A stretch of DNA of 62,641 nucleotides from Desulfopila sp. GTDB lineage: Bacteria; Desulfobacterota; Desulfobulbia; Desulfobulbales; Desulfocapsaceae. The DNA lies in contig JBHEOR010000003.1 of the NCBI GenBank assembly GCA_046260685.1, forward strand, positions 1 through 62,641, read 5' to 3'. This document shows, piece after piece, positions 1 to 9,866 of the stretch; the stretch's first letter is position 1; every line of letters begins with the position of its first letter. Under the pieces are notes generated by a model. That model did not search any database. It saw only the letters and a list, made by a program, of their open reading frames with translations, and was not told where the DNA came from. The translations under genes were made by a program, and so were the position numbers.

Positions 1-448
1 GACCCGATGTTATATACCGTATGAAGGCAGGATTGATGGCCCGGCACTCATCTTCCAGTACTCCGCTTGTGACCTCGACCTCGTGGTCCAGCAGATACCT
101 TTCTCCACCGCCTGCAACCAGTGGATTGGGATCCAGCATGCCTATGACCACACGGCTGATGCCCCCTGCAACCACCGCATGGCTGCAGGGGCCGGTTCTG
201 CCGGAATGATTACAGGGTTCCAGGGTGACATACATGGTGGCCCCGCGGGCCTTTTCGCCGGCCCCGCGCAGAGCATGTATCTCGGCGTGGGGGGTACCGG
301 CGCGCTCATGATATCCCGTGGCAACAACAGCATCACCTTTGACAATTACCGCTCCGACGCAGGGATTGGGAGATGTTCTCCCCCATGCCTTTCGGGCCTC
401 GTCAAGGGCCATGCGCATATAGTTTGTATCACTTTTCAAGGTTGCCAT
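1..448 (-). CDS. ribD: Riboflavin biosynthesis deaminase/reductase RibD (5' part; runs off the window edge)
   Basis: Not in the ORF track. Manual translation from ATG 448 gives MATLKSDTNYMRMALDEARKAWGRTSPNPCVGAVIV...HAEIHAL...TLEPCNHSGRTGPC, with the HAE and PCxH..TxPC deaminase motifs. It follows nrdR, a conserved pairing. Confidence 0.93.
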   Translation of the reverse strand, partial: MATLKSDTNYMRMALDEARKAWGRTSPNPCVGAVIVKGDAVVATGYHERAGTPHAEIHALRGAGEKARGATMYVTLEPCNHSGRTGPCSHAVVAGGISRVVIGMLDPNPLVAGGGERYLLDHEVEVTSGVLEDECRAINPAFIRYITSG

Positions 449-932
449 TGGAACCATTATCAAGCGGACTGGAATCATCTCTGGCATCGAGGAGTGTTTT
501 GAGTTCCGACATGAACTCATTAACATCCTTGAACTGGCGATACACCGAAGCAAAGCGAACATAGGCCACTTCATCCAGATTCGGCAAATCTTCCATCACC
601 CACTCGCCAATAACCTTGGAGAGCACCTCTTTGGCGCCAATGTCCTGCAGTTTACGTTCAATATTGTCAACAAAATCATCGATCCTGTCAACGCTGACGG
701 GGCGTTTTTCGCAGGCCTTTTCAAGGCCAAGAACCATTTTCTGCCTGTCCCAGCCTTCACGCCGGCCATCTTTTTTGACCAGCATGGGCATCATCACCTC
801 CAGTCGTTCATAGGTGGTGAAACGCTGGTTGCATGACAGACACGAGCGTCTCCTCCTGGTAATGGTACTGTCCTTGTTCAGCCGTGAATCGGTAACCTTG
901 TTTTCAAGGTCACCGCAGTAAGGGCATTTCAT
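429..932 (-). CDS. nrdR: Transcriptional repressor NrdR
   Basis: MKCPYC...DSR...RRRRSCLSCNQRFTTYE zinc ribbon followed by an ATP-cone ending VAYVRFASVYRQF. Confidence 0.97.
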   Translation of the reverse strand: MKCPYCGDLENKVTDSRLNKDSTITRRRRSCLSCNQRFTTYERLEVMMPMLVKKDGRREGWDRQKMVLGLEKACEKRPVSVDRIDDFVDNIERKLQDIGAKEVLSKVIGEWVMEDLPNLDEVAYVRFASVYRQFKDVNEFMSELKTLLDARDDSSPLDNGSNGNLEK

Positions 933-942
933 ACAGCCTCCA

Positions 943-2196
943 TTATGTTGTCAGCCTGGTGACAATGGACTGAAGAGGGAAGCGGCTGCATAACTGCTGT
1001 ATTTCCTGTCGCACAGCCGCTATCGTGCCATCGTCCCGGGATGAGATGACTCTGTCCATGCATTCGGCGATATGTTCCATTTCTTCGGTCCCCATTCCTC
1101 GTGTTGTTACAAGCGGAGTTCCCAGCCGTATTCCACTTGTCACAAAACGCGACGCAGTGTCAAAGGGAATGGCATTTTTGTTGACGGTAATGCCGGCCCG
1201 TCCCAGAATCTCTTCGGTTTCCTTCCCGCTGATTTCCTTGCTGGTCAGGTCGATGAGGATGAGATGATTATCCGTACCACCGGAAACAAGCCGGTAGCCG
1301 CGCCCGGCAAGGTTCATGGCCAGTGCCTGGGCATTATCGACGACGTTCTGCTGATCCTGCCGAAAGGTCGGCAACATTGCCTCCTGAAAGCTCACCGCTT
1401 TGGCGGCAATGGTGTTCATCAGCGGCCCACCCTGAATCCCTGGAAAAATATTGCTGTCGAGCTTTTTGCCCCATTGCTCTTTTGCAAGGATAAGGCCACC
1501 ACGCGGCCCGCGCAGGGTTTTGTGGGTCGTTGAGGTAACAAAGTCGGCATATTGTACCGGCGATGGATGGACCCCCGCGGCTACCAGGCCTGCAATATGG
1601 GCCATATCCACCATAAAGAGAGCACCAACTTCATCGGCAATTTCTCGAAATGCGGAAAAATCAATATATCGAGGGTAAGCGCTTGCCCCGGCAATAATCA
1701 TTTTGGGAGAATGTCGACGGGCCACTTCGGCAACCTCTTCCATATCAATCTGCTCATTGTCGCGGCGTACACCGTAGGAAAAAAACGAAAACAGTTTACC
1801 GGAAAAACTGACATTGCTGCCATGGGTGAGATGGCCGCCATGGGCAAGATCCATCCCCAGCACGGTATCGCCTGGCTGGAGGGTGGCGAAATACACCGCC
1901 ATGTTGGCTTGAGAGCCTGAATGGGCCTGTACATTGGCATACTCGGCAGCAAAAATCTTCTTGGCACGCTCTATGGCAAGGTTTTCGACCACATCGGCAT
2001 GCTCGCAGCCTCCGTAATAGCGCTTTGCCGGGTATCCTTCGGCATATTTATTTGTAAAAACAGACCCCTGGGCTTCCATCACGGCATTGGAAGCTATATT
2101 TTCGGAGGCTATGAGTTCTATCTGGTTATCCTGGCGATCATATTCCAACTGAATGGCGCTGTAAATCTCAGGATCAATGTGACGTAATGGCTTCAT
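943..2196 (-). CDS. glyA: Serine hydroxymethyltransferase
   Basis: [20 protein letters not shown] and the PLP-lysine motif [13 protein letters not shown]. Confidence 0.98.
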   Translation of the reverse strand: MKPLRHIDPEIYSAIQLEYDRQDNQIELIASENIASNAVMEAQGSVFTNKYAEGYPAKRYYGGCEHADVVENLAIERAKKIFAAEYANVQAHSGSQANMAVYFATLQPGDTVLGMDLAHGGHLTHGSNVSFSGKLFSFFSYGVRRDNEQIDMEEVAEVARRHSPKMIIAGASAYPRYIDFSAFREIADEVGALFMVDMAHIAGLVAAGVHPSPVQYADFVTSTTHKTLRGPRGGLILAKEQWGKKLDSNIFPGIQGGPLMNTIAAKAVSFQEAMLPTFRQDQQNVVDNAQALAMNLAGRGYRLVSGGTDNHLILIDLTSKEISGKETEEILGRAGITVNKNAIPFDTASRFVTSGIRLGTPLVTTRGMGTEEMEHIAECMDRVISSRDDGTIAAVRQEIQQLCSRFPLQSIVTRLTT

Positions 2197-2275
2197 TGGA
2201 AAAAATGGCCCTCCCGGTTGTAATGAATTGCGACGCCTTCTCTATGACTTTCGCCTCTGTGCGGATCCGGTAAAG

Positions 2276-2308
2276 AAAAAGCTGGTATCTCCTCCCGGAA
2301 ATTCCAGC
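2276..2308 (-). terminator. Possible intrinsic terminator or hairpin between rpiB and glyA
   Basis: Minus strand reads GCTGGAATTTCC-GGGA-GGAGATACCAGC followed by TTTTT. Confidence 0.4.
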
Positions 2309-2341
2309 CTTCACACACAACACACTGTCCATGTCCATGCG

Positions 2342-2770
2342 TCAATCGCTGAACTGACGAATACGCTGTTGATGTCGTCCTCCGGCAAATTTCGTGGTCA
2401 ACCATGTTTCCACAATGCCTTCGCTAACACCCTGTCCAAGATCCCTGGCGCCGAGACAGAGCACATTGGCATCGTTATGCGCCCTGCTCATGCGAGCGGT
2501 GTATTCATTATGACAGTTGGCTGCGCGAATCTTTCGATATCTGTTGGCGGCAATGGACATGCCAATGCCAGTACCGCACACAAGGATGCCCAGTGCAGCT
2601 TCTCCATCGATGAGCTTCTCACACACGGCTTCGGCAAAGTCTGGATAGTTGACGGATTCGGTCGAATCGCATCCCACATCAACGATATCATAGCCAAGCC
2701 CTTGAATAAAACGTATGAGCTTTTCTTTACGCTGATACCCGCCATGATCCGCTCCAACAGCTATTATCAT
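2342..2770 (-). CDS. rpiB: Ribose-5-phosphate isomerase B
   Basis: GADHGG, CGTGIGMSIAAN, HNDANVLCLG and GGRH motifs. Start reassigned to ATG 2770 (MIIAVG). Confidence 0.96.
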   Translation of the reverse strand: MIIAVGADHGGYQRKEKLIRFIQGLGYDIVDVGCDSTESVNYPDFAEAVCEKLIDGEAALGILVCGTGIGMSIAANRYRKIRAANCHNEYTARMSRAHNDANVLCLGARDLGQGVSEGIVETWLTTKFAGGRHQQRIRQFSD

Positions 2771-2803
2771 ACTCTCCCCCGTGGCACTGGATGCACCCCA
2801 CAC

Positions 2804-4051
2804 CTATTGATGAAACCTCTGCATGATGACGACTCCATTGGTGCCGCCAAAGCCAAATGAATTTGACATGGCATTGCGAATATCCATGGGTCGTGCTCTG
2901 TTGGCGACATAATCAAGATCGCACTCCGGACTTGGCTCAACCAGATTGATGGTGGGAGGGGCGATCTGATCATGGATGGCCAGAGCAGTAAATGCCGATT
3001 CAATACCACCGGCGGCGCCGAGCATATGCCCTGTCATTGATTTGGTAGAGCTGATGGCCAGGCTATGGGCATGTTCCCCAAAGACCGTCTTTAAGGCCAC
3101 CGTTTCACAACGATCGTTTAGTGGAGTCGAAGTGCCGTGGGCATTGACATAATCAATCTCATCAAGCGCCAGGCCGGAATCATCGAGCGCCATCTGCATA
3201 CACTTGACCGCTCCGGCACCGTCCTCAGGGGGGGCGGCGATATGATATGCATCACTGCTCAAACCATAGCCGATCACTTCGGCATAGATCTTGGCGCCAC
3301 GCGCCCGGGCCGATTCCAGTTCTTCCAGAATCAGCATGCCTGAACCTTCGGACATGATGAAACCATTGCGATCCTTGTCAAAAGGGCGTGATGCCAGCTC
3401 CGGCTGGTCATTGCGCGTTGAAAGCGCTTTCATGGAGCTGAACCCCGCTATTCCCATGGAACATATAACCGCTTCGCAACCGCCGGAAATAACCATGTCA
3501 CAGGCTCCATGCTGAATGTGACGATAGGCTTCTCCAACGGCATGCGTTCCTGCGGCACAGGCCGTTGTCAGGGCCAGATTCGGTCCACGGGTGTTAAAAT
3601 GCATGGAGATATGCCCCGAAGCCATGTTTGGAATAACCATGGGAATGAAAAATGGCGTCACCTTTTTCATTCCACGCTCAAAGAGTACCCGGTGATATCT
3701 CTCGATGGTGGGAAGTCCGCCCATACCGCATCCGGTGATAACACCAACCCTGCCGCAGTTATCCTCCGTCACCCGGTACCCGCTGTCCTCCATCGCTTCA
3801 ATGGATGCGGCCAGGCCATATTGAGCAAAAAGATCTATATGTTTGGCTGTCTTTTTATCAATAAACTGCTCAACATCAAAGTCCTGGATCTCACCGGCGA
3901 TCTTGACGGGCGAATCACTGGTGTCAAACCGTGTAATCTCTTTTATACCGGTGACCCCATCGCAAATATTTTTCCAGGATTTTTCGACTCCTATACCCTG
4001 GGGTGTAACCAATCCAACACCGGTGACCACAACTCTGCGACTCACAATCAC
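2804..4051 (-). CDS. fabF: Beta-ketoacyl-ACP synthase II
   Basis: RRVVVTG, catalytic TACAAG, NAHGTST, GHMLGAAG and SNSFGFGG. The start may be GTG 4045. Confidence 0.97.
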   Translation of the reverse strand: MIVSRRVVVTGVGLVTPQGIGVEKSWKNICDGVTGIKEITRFDTSDSPVKIAGEIQDFDVEQFIDKKTAKHIDLFAQYGLAASIEAMEDSGYRVTEDNCGRVGVITGCGMGGLPTIERYHRVLFERGMKKVTPFFIPMVIPNMASGHISMHFNTRGPNLALTTACAAGTHAVGEAYRHIQHGACDMVISGGCEAVICSMGIAGFSSMKALSTRNDQPELASRPFDKDRNGFIMSEGSGMLILEELESARARGAKIYAEVIGYGLSSDAYHIAAPPEDGAGAVKCMQMALDDSGLALDEIDYVNAHGTSTPLNDRCETVALKTVFGEHAHSLAISSTKSMTGHMLGAAGGIESAFTALAIHDQIAPPTINLVEPSPECDLDYVANRARPMDIRNAMSNSFGFGGTNGVVIMQRFHQ

Positions 4052-4122
4052 TACTCCTTTTTGAAAACACAGGAGATATGAAATGGCGGATCCATATCTC
4101 CGGACAAAACACTGCAGTGCGA

Positions 4123-4353
4123 TTATTTCAGATTATTGACATAATCTATGGCATCCTGCACAGTGGCTATCTTTTCTGCTTCTTCGTCGGGAATTTCTAT
4201 GTCAAAGCCTTCTTCCATTGCCATGATAAGCTCAACGAGATCAAGCGAGTCAGCACCAAGATCGTCAACAAACGAGGCGTTGGGCACGACTTTTTCTTTT
4301 TCCACACTTAACTGTTCTACAATAATATCGACCATTTCTTTATCTATAGCCAT
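4123..4353 (-). CDS. acpP: Acyl carrier protein
   Basis: [18 protein letters not shown] phosphopantetheine motif; acidic 76-aa protein. Confidence 0.98.
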   Translation of the reverse strand: MAIDKEMVDIIVEQLSVEKEKVVPNASFVDDLGADSLDLVELIMAMEEGFDIEIPDEEAEKIATVQDAIDYVNNLK

Positions 4354-4934
4354 TGTTCATTCTCCTAACTGTTGATGATATCGCAAAAACTGCTTTTTCC
4401 CTGGCTGCGTAAAAATTCCATAGTAGTTCAAACTGCAGTGAAATACTACAAAAACGGCAGACATTCGAAAAACTGTTCTCGTACAACCATCATAAGATTT
4501 ACTTTTGACGACTTTGTCAACGTTTGAAATAAATCGGCGCGCACAATACCCATACTATGATGCAACGCCCCCTTTTGCGCTAAGACTTCTGCTTCATCCG
4601 CCGTATCGGCGGTGTATACCTCTATCTACCGGCATAGTATATACCCTGGGAGGCCGTTCGACAATGCCTGTATCGCGACGGCCTCTTAACACCGGCACGT
4701 TATGATACAACTGCCTCATGATACAACTGCCTCGCTGCACAGCTCACCCCCGCAGTATCGAATACAGCGCCGATCCGTAACGGCACCCTCCCACAATAGG
4801 GCAATGTCGGCAGCAGTGCAATACAACCCGGGTAATACAACCAGGGTAATACAGTTTTTAAAACGTAAAACGATCACAAGCAAAAATACCTGCCGGAAGT
4901 CTTCGGCTTGCTCCCAGGGTACACCATTGTTATC

Positions 4935-5678
4935 CTACATGTACATGCCGCCGTTGACATGGATTGTCTGACCGGTAATATAGCGGGCATCATCACCAGC
5001 AAGAAACCCTACAGCCGCGGCGACATCTTCGGGCGTCCCCAAATCTCCCAGCGGAATTTCACTTTGGATCTTCTGCTGTGCCGCCTCGTCCATGGTCTCA
5101 GTCATATCCGTTGCAATATAGCCGGGAGCGACACAGTTGACGGTTATTGCACGCGACGCGTATTCCCGTGCCAGGGACTTGGCAAGTCCGACAAGGCCGG
5201 CTTTGGCTGCGGCATAGTTGGCCTGGCCGCCATTGCCCGAAAAACCGATGACCGAAGTGATGTTAATGATCCGGCCCCAGCGTTTTTTCATCATCGCCTT
5301 GGATGCCGCCTTGGCACAGAGAAAGGCGCCCTTGAGGTTGGTGCTCAGGACGGCGTCCCAATCCTCCTCCTTCATCCTGGCGATGAGGCCGTCACGTGTG
5401 ATGCCGGCATTATTGACAAGAATATCGAGTGATCCGGCATCCGCGAGTATGGTTTTCAGGCTCGCCACCACCTGCTCGCCGTCACCAATGTCAAAACCGA
5501 TGATCCGCGCTGATCCACCAGCGTCCTCAATCATTTCTTTGGTCTGCTGCGCTGCTTCCGGCCGGCTGACATAGTTGATATATACCTGCGCTCCCATAGC
5601 GGCCAGACGAAGACAGACCGCCCGCCCTATACCTCTGCTGCCCCCGGTGACCAGCGCCACTTTTCCTTGAAGATTCAT
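4935..5678 (-). CDS. fabG: 3-oxoacyl-ACP reductase
   Basis: TGGSRGIG, NNAGITRD, YAAAK and the C-terminal VNGGMYM. Confidence 0.97.
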   Translation of the reverse strand: MNLQGKVALVTGGSRGIGRAVCLRLAAMGAQVYINYVSRPEAAQQTKEMIEDAGGSARIIGFDIGDGEQVVASLKTILADAGSLDILVNNAGITRDGLIARMKEEDWDAVLSTNLKGAFLCAKAASKAMMKKRWGRIINITSVIGFSGNGGQANYAAAKAGLVGLAKSLAREYASRAITVNCVAPGYIATDMTETMDEAAQQKIQSEIPLGDLGTPEDVAAAVGFLAGDDARYITGQTIHVNGGMYM

Positions 5679-6868
5679 GCCTTTCGTCGCTCCTCTATTT
5701 TAGTGATGAGCTTGGGAATGATTTCGGTAAGATCCCCGACAATGCCAAAATCGGCAACATCAAAAATCGGTGCATCTTTATCTCTATTAATGGCAACAAT
5801 CGCCTCCGCCGACTGCATGCCGGCAACATGCTGTACCGCACCTGATATGCCGCAGGCCACATAGAGCCTGGGAGCAACCGTTTTGCCCGTCTGTCCTACC
5901 TGATGAGGATAGGGAATCCAGCCGGCATCAACCACTGCGCGAGAAGCCGCAACATCGGCACCCAGCGTTGCAGCAAGCCGTCGTATCAGCTCAAAGCCTT
6001 TTTCGCTCTCCAGACCGCGTCCGCCGGAAATGAGGATATCGGATTCCTGAATGTTGACGTTGTCCTGCCGGGCGGTCACGGACTCCACAACGGTGACTCT
6101 GCTGTGCAGCTCTTCGGGAGTAGGCTCAATATCGACAACGTCACCGCTGCGCGATGCATCAAAGTCTCTGCCTTTCATCACCTTGGGACGCACGGTGGCC
6201 ATCTGCGGCCGGGAACGCGGACATTCAATGGTGGCCATGATATTGCCGCCGAAGGCGGGACGCGTCTGTAACAGCGCTCCATCCTCTTGACGTATTTCAA
6301 GGCCGGTGCAATCGGCCGTCAATCCGGCATCAAGGGCGGTCGCAACACCAGGAATAAAGGATCTGCCGATGGCGGTCGCCCCTGCCAAAACAATTTCCGG
6401 CCGATGCTTTTTGATCAACCGGGTCATAATCTTGGTGTATCTGTCTTCGGTAAACGGTTCAAGCCCGGCATTATCGACCTTATAGACGACATCGGCGCCA
6501 TAGCCTATAAGCTGTTGAGCGGTTTCTCCAACTTCGCTGCCGAGAATCACGGCACTGAGCCCAACTCCTCGACTGTCGGCAAGCGACCTGCCGATGCCAA
6601 GAAGCTCCAGAGATACCGGAGCAAGAATATTTTTGCGATATTCGCAGAACACCCAGACGCCCGAAAAACTGTCAAGATCAGTCTTGACAGTGGCTCCCTC
6701 GAGATCAATGGTCAAAGCTCCGGGTTCGCAGGCCTCGACACATGCACCGCACAGTGTGCAATTTTCGCCGACCACCGCCACACCATCGATAACTTCTATG
6801 GCACCAAAGGCACACTGCTCTTCACATATGCCGCACCCAATACATACCTCTTTATCTATCTTTAACAT
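5675..6868 (-). CDS. etfA: Electron transfer flavoprotein alpha subunit with N-terminal 2x[4Fe-4S] ferredoxin domain
   Basis: CIGCGICEEQC and CTLCGACVEAC at the N-terminus. ETF-alpha motifs GLTADCT, RPAFGGN, QVGQTGKTV and GISGAVQH. Confidence 0.95.
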   Translation of the reverse strand: MLKIDKEVCIGCGICEEQCAFGAIEVIDGVAVVGENCTLCGACVEACEPGALTIDLEGATVKTDLDSFSGVWVFCEYRKNILAPVSLELLGIGRSLADSRGVGLSAVILGSEVGETAQQLIGYGADVVYKVDNAGLEPFTEDRYTKIMTRLIKKHRPEIVLAGATAIGRSFIPGVATALDAGLTADCTGLEIRQEDGALLQTRPAFGGNIMATIECPRSRPQMATVRPKVMKGRDFDASRSGDVVDIEPTPEELHSRVTVVESVTARQDNVNIQESDILISGGRGLESEKGFELIRRLAATLGADVAASRAVVDAGWIPYPHQVGQTGKTVAPRLYVACGISGAVQHVAGMQSAEAIVAINRDKDAPIFDVADFGIVGDLTEIIPKLITKIEERRKA

Positions 6869-6889
6869 CTGCGGTCTCTTGCACTCTTT

Positions 6890-7669
6890 TTAGAGGTACG
6901 GTTTGAGCTTGTCGACAAGTTGATCAAGCTGCTCATCAATGGTGCCGCTGAAAACAGCGCCTTCCCCCCGTGGCTCGGGCGGAAAGACCTTGACAACCTG
7001 GGTGGGTGATCCGGCAAGCCCGATGGAACCGGACTCGGCACCTATATCCTCGGCGGATAAGGTCGTGATCGCCGCCTTTTTGGCCTTCATTTTGCCCTTT
7101 AACGACGGCACCCGCGGTTCGTTGATGTCCTTGACGACCGTCAGCAGTGCAGGATATTTGATCTCGACAACATCGTGGCCATCATCCATCATACGTTCAA
7201 CGACCATTCCGCAGGTATCCGCAGAACGTACCTTCTGCACACAGGTGACGTAGGGAATATCCATCCGCATGGCCAGACCGGGACCGACCTGGGCTGTATC
7301 GCCATCGATGGCCTGCTTGCCGCACAGCAGAAGATCGAACTGTCCTGATTTTGTAATGGCTTTTGCCAGGGTATAGGCGGTGGCCCAGGTATCCGCACCG
7401 GCAAAAGCCCGGTCAGAAACCAGTACGCCGTTGTCGGCACCGCAGGAAATGGCAAGGCGAAGCACATCCTGGGCCTGCGGCGGTCCCATGGTTATCACGG
7501 TTACCTCGCCGCCCAACTGTTCCTTGAGACGTACAGCCTCTTCCAGGGCATACTGATCATAGGGGTTGAGGATGGAGTCCACCCCTTCACGCGTCAATGT
7601 ATTTGTCTCGGGATCCAGACGGACATCCTTGGCGTCGGGAACCTGCTTTACACATACAACAATTTTCAT
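6890..7669 (-). CDS. etfB: Electron transfer flavoprotein beta subunit
   Basis: CVKQVPD, DRAFAGADTWAT and GKQAIDGDTAQVGP. Confidence 0.96.
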   Translation of the reverse strand: MKIVVCVKQVPDAKDVRLDPETNTLTREGVDSILNPYDQYALEEAVRLKEQLGGEVTVITMGPPQAQDVLRLAISCGADNGVLVSDRAFAGADTWATAYTLAKAITKSGQFDLLLCGKQAIDGDTAQVGPGLAMRMDIPYVTCVQKVRSADTCGMVVERMMDDGHDVVEIKYPALLTVVKDINEPRVPSLKGKMKAKKAAITTLSAEDIGAESGSIGLAGSPTQVVKVFPPEPRGEGAVFSGTIDEQLDQLVDKLKPYL

Positions 7670-7673
7670 GGGT

Positions 7674-7705
7674 AACCTGTTTACCTGTTTACCTGTTGAC
7701 CTGTT
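7674..7705. repeat. Tandem repeat, 8-bp unit NACCTGTT x4
   Basis: aacctgtt tacctgtt tacctgtt gacctgtt, between the acyl-CoA dehydrogenase gene and etfB. Confidence 0.8.
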
Positions 7706-7723
7706 TGTTCTGTGTCGTTCAGT

Positions 7724-8875
7724 TCAGCGGGTATATTCTCTATTGAGCTCCTGGCCGATAACGTTACGCTGCACCTGATTGGTTCCTTCGTAGATCTGGA
7801 GGATCTTGGCATCGCGCATCATTTTCTCAACCGGATATTCGCACATGTAACCATAGCCTCCCATAACCTGGACTGCATCGGTGGTCACCTTCATGGCCAT
7901 ATCGGTAGCAAACACTTTGCTCATCGATGATTCCTTGGAAATATTTTTAGGGTGGGCGTCGATGTGCTTTGCCACGCTGTAGACGAGCGCTCTGGATGCT
8001 TCAATATTCATGGCCATATCGGCCAGCATATGCTGTATCGCCTGGAAAGCGATAATGGGCTTATCGAACTGCACGCGTTGTTTGGCGTAGATGACCGCCT
8101 CATCTAATGCGCCCTGCCCGAGGCCGACAGCAAGGGCTGCAATGCCCGGCCTGGAGGCGTCGAGGGTTTTCATCACGGTGATAAAACCCGTGCCTTTGCG
8201 GCCGATTATACGATCCTTGGGAATTCTGCAGTCCTTGAAAATCAACTCAGTGGTTGAGGAGGCCCGTATTCCCATCTTGTTTTCCTTGGGACCACAGCTG
8301 AATCCCGGATCGCCCTCCTCCACGATAAACATGGAGGCACCGCGGGCTCCCTTGCTGCGATCGGTGATGGCAACCACCGTATATATCTGGGCTTCGCCGC
8401 CGTTGGTAATCCATTGCTTGGTGCCGTTCAGCACCCACTCATCACCGTCAAGTACAGCGGTAGTTTTGATACCGGAGGCATCGGAACCGGCGTTTGCCTC
8501 GGTAAGGCCAAATGCCGCAAATGCCTCTCCTGCCGCAACCGGGGGGAGATACTTTTCTTTCTGCTCCTTGGAACCGGCAAACAGCAGCGGATAAATACCC
8601 AGGGAACTGGCGGCAAAAGCAGTGCCCACCCCGATACAGCCACGTCCGAGTTGCTCGAGTGCCAGAACTATATCAAAACAACCGCCGCCGAAACCGCCAT
8701 ACTCCTCCGGAATGGGAACACCGAAAAGATCGGCCTGGGCCATTTCGTTCAGTATATCCCGAGGAAACTGGTGTTTTTCATCCAGCTCGGCCCGGTGTGG
8801 CATTATTCTCTCATCAGTGATCTGCTTGGCAATATCAACAATCATCTGCTGTTCTTCGGATAAAAAATAATCCAT
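7724..8875 (-). CDS. Acyl-CoA dehydrogenase (Bcd/CarC-like)
   Basis: FGLTEANAGSDA, LNGTKQWITNG, KMGIRAS, RVQFDKPI, GGYGY and IYEGTNQVQR (catalytic Glu). Confidence 0.95.
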   Translation of the reverse strand: MDYFLSEEQQMIVDIAKQITDERIMPHRAELDEKHQFPRDILNEMAQADLFGVPIPEEYGGFGGGCFDIVLALEQLGRGCIGVGTAFAASSLGIYPLLFAGSKEQKEKYLPPVAAGEAFAAFGLTEANAGSDASGIKTTAVLDGDEWVLNGTKQWITNGGEAQIYTVVAITDRSKGARGASMFIVEEGDPGFSCGPKENKMGIRASSTTELIFKDCRIPKDRIIGRKGTGFITVMKTLDASRPGIAALAVGLGQGALDEAVIYAKQRVQFDKPIIAFQAIQHMLADMAMNIEASRALVYSVAKHIDAHPKNISKESSMSKVFATDMAMKVTTDAVQVMGGYGYMCEYPVEKMMRDAKILQIYEGTNQVQRNVIGQELNREYTR

Positions 8876-8888
8876 TGTTCTCTCCTCT

Positions 8889-9866
8889 CTACCACTTTAT
8901 CAGGGATGCACCCCAAGTGAATCCACCGCCGAATGCACAGAAAAGAACCACATCCCCCCTTTTGATCCTGCCGTTCTTTCCGGCTTCGTCAAGGGCAATG
9001 GGTATCGACGCGGCTGAAGTATTTCCGTATTGCGGAGCATTAATAAGTACCTGGTTGGATGAAAGTTCGAGTCTTTCGACCAACTTGTTCAGAATCCTAA
9101 CGTTGGCCTGGTGGGGAATGACGAGGTCCACCGCACCGATTTCGTAGCCGGTTTTGTGTAAAAGTCCGCGTACCGCCTCCGCCATGGCCTTGACGGCATG
9201 TTTGAAGACCTCTCTCCCCTCCATGACGATGTGTGCTCCAGACCATCCGGGAACGCTGATGTCTGCATTACAGCTTGCCGCCGTGTGCATATGCAAAAGC
9301 TCCCAGAGTTTGCCGTCGGAAAACAGGTCGACTCCGATGATACCGCGTTGCTCGTCGCTGGTGTGCCCCACCACCGCGGCCCCGGCACCATCTCCAAAGA
9401 GAATGCAGGTATTGCGATCCTGCCAGTTCAATCTACTGGAAAGCGCTTCCGCACCGATTACCAGAATTTTTTTATGGTGATCGGCTTGCACATATTTATC
9501 CGCCATGTCCAAGGCATACAGAAAACCGGAACAGGCGGCGTTAACATCGTAGGCAAAACAATTCGTTGCCCCTATCTCGTGCTGCACGAAACAGGCAGTA
9601 GAAGGCATGAGCATATGGGAGCTGATGGTGGCAACAATGATCAGGTCAATCTCTGCAGCGCTCATCCCGGCCATCGCTAGAGCTTGCTCAGCGGCCCTGG
9701 CGGCCAGTACATAAGTATATTCACCGCTGCCGCTGATGTGCCTTTCTTTGATGCCGGTTCTGGTTCGGATCCATTCATCGTTGGTATCGACCATCGTTTC
9801 CAGATCCTTGTTGGTAAGAATCTTCTTTGGAAGAGACGCCCCGGTGCCTAGAATAATACTGCCCAT
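8889..9866 (-). CDS. fabH: Beta-ketoacyl-ACP synthase III
   Basis: Catalytic triad motifs AACSGF, PHQAN and GNTSAAS; also FGDGAGA. Confidence 0.97.
   Translation of the reverse strand: MGSIILGTGASLPKKILTNKDLETMVDTNDEWIRTRTGIKERHISGSGEYTYVLAARAAEQALAMAGMSAAEIDLIIVATISSHMLMPSTACFVQHEIGATNCFAYDVNAACSGFLYALDMADKYVQADHHKKILVIGAEALSSRLNWQDRNTCILFGDGAGAAVVGHTSDEQRGIIGVDLFSDGKLWELLHMHTAASCNADISVPGWSGAHIVMEGREVFKHAVKAMAEAVRGLLHKTGYEIGAVDLVIPHQANVRILNKLVERLELSSNQVLINAPQYGNTSAASIPIALDEAGKNGRIKRGDVVLFCAFGGGFTWGASLIKW

Noticed and set aside
2197-2341. Glycine or ZTP riboswitch upstream of glyA
   Set aside because: Only a simple hairpin is visible and I could not recognise aptamer consensus elements. An Rfam scan would settle it.
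4376-4934. ncRNA or small gene in the long fabG-acpP spacer
   Set aside because: Only short hairpins and a 16-bp duplication are visible, and the ORFs there lack recognisable features.
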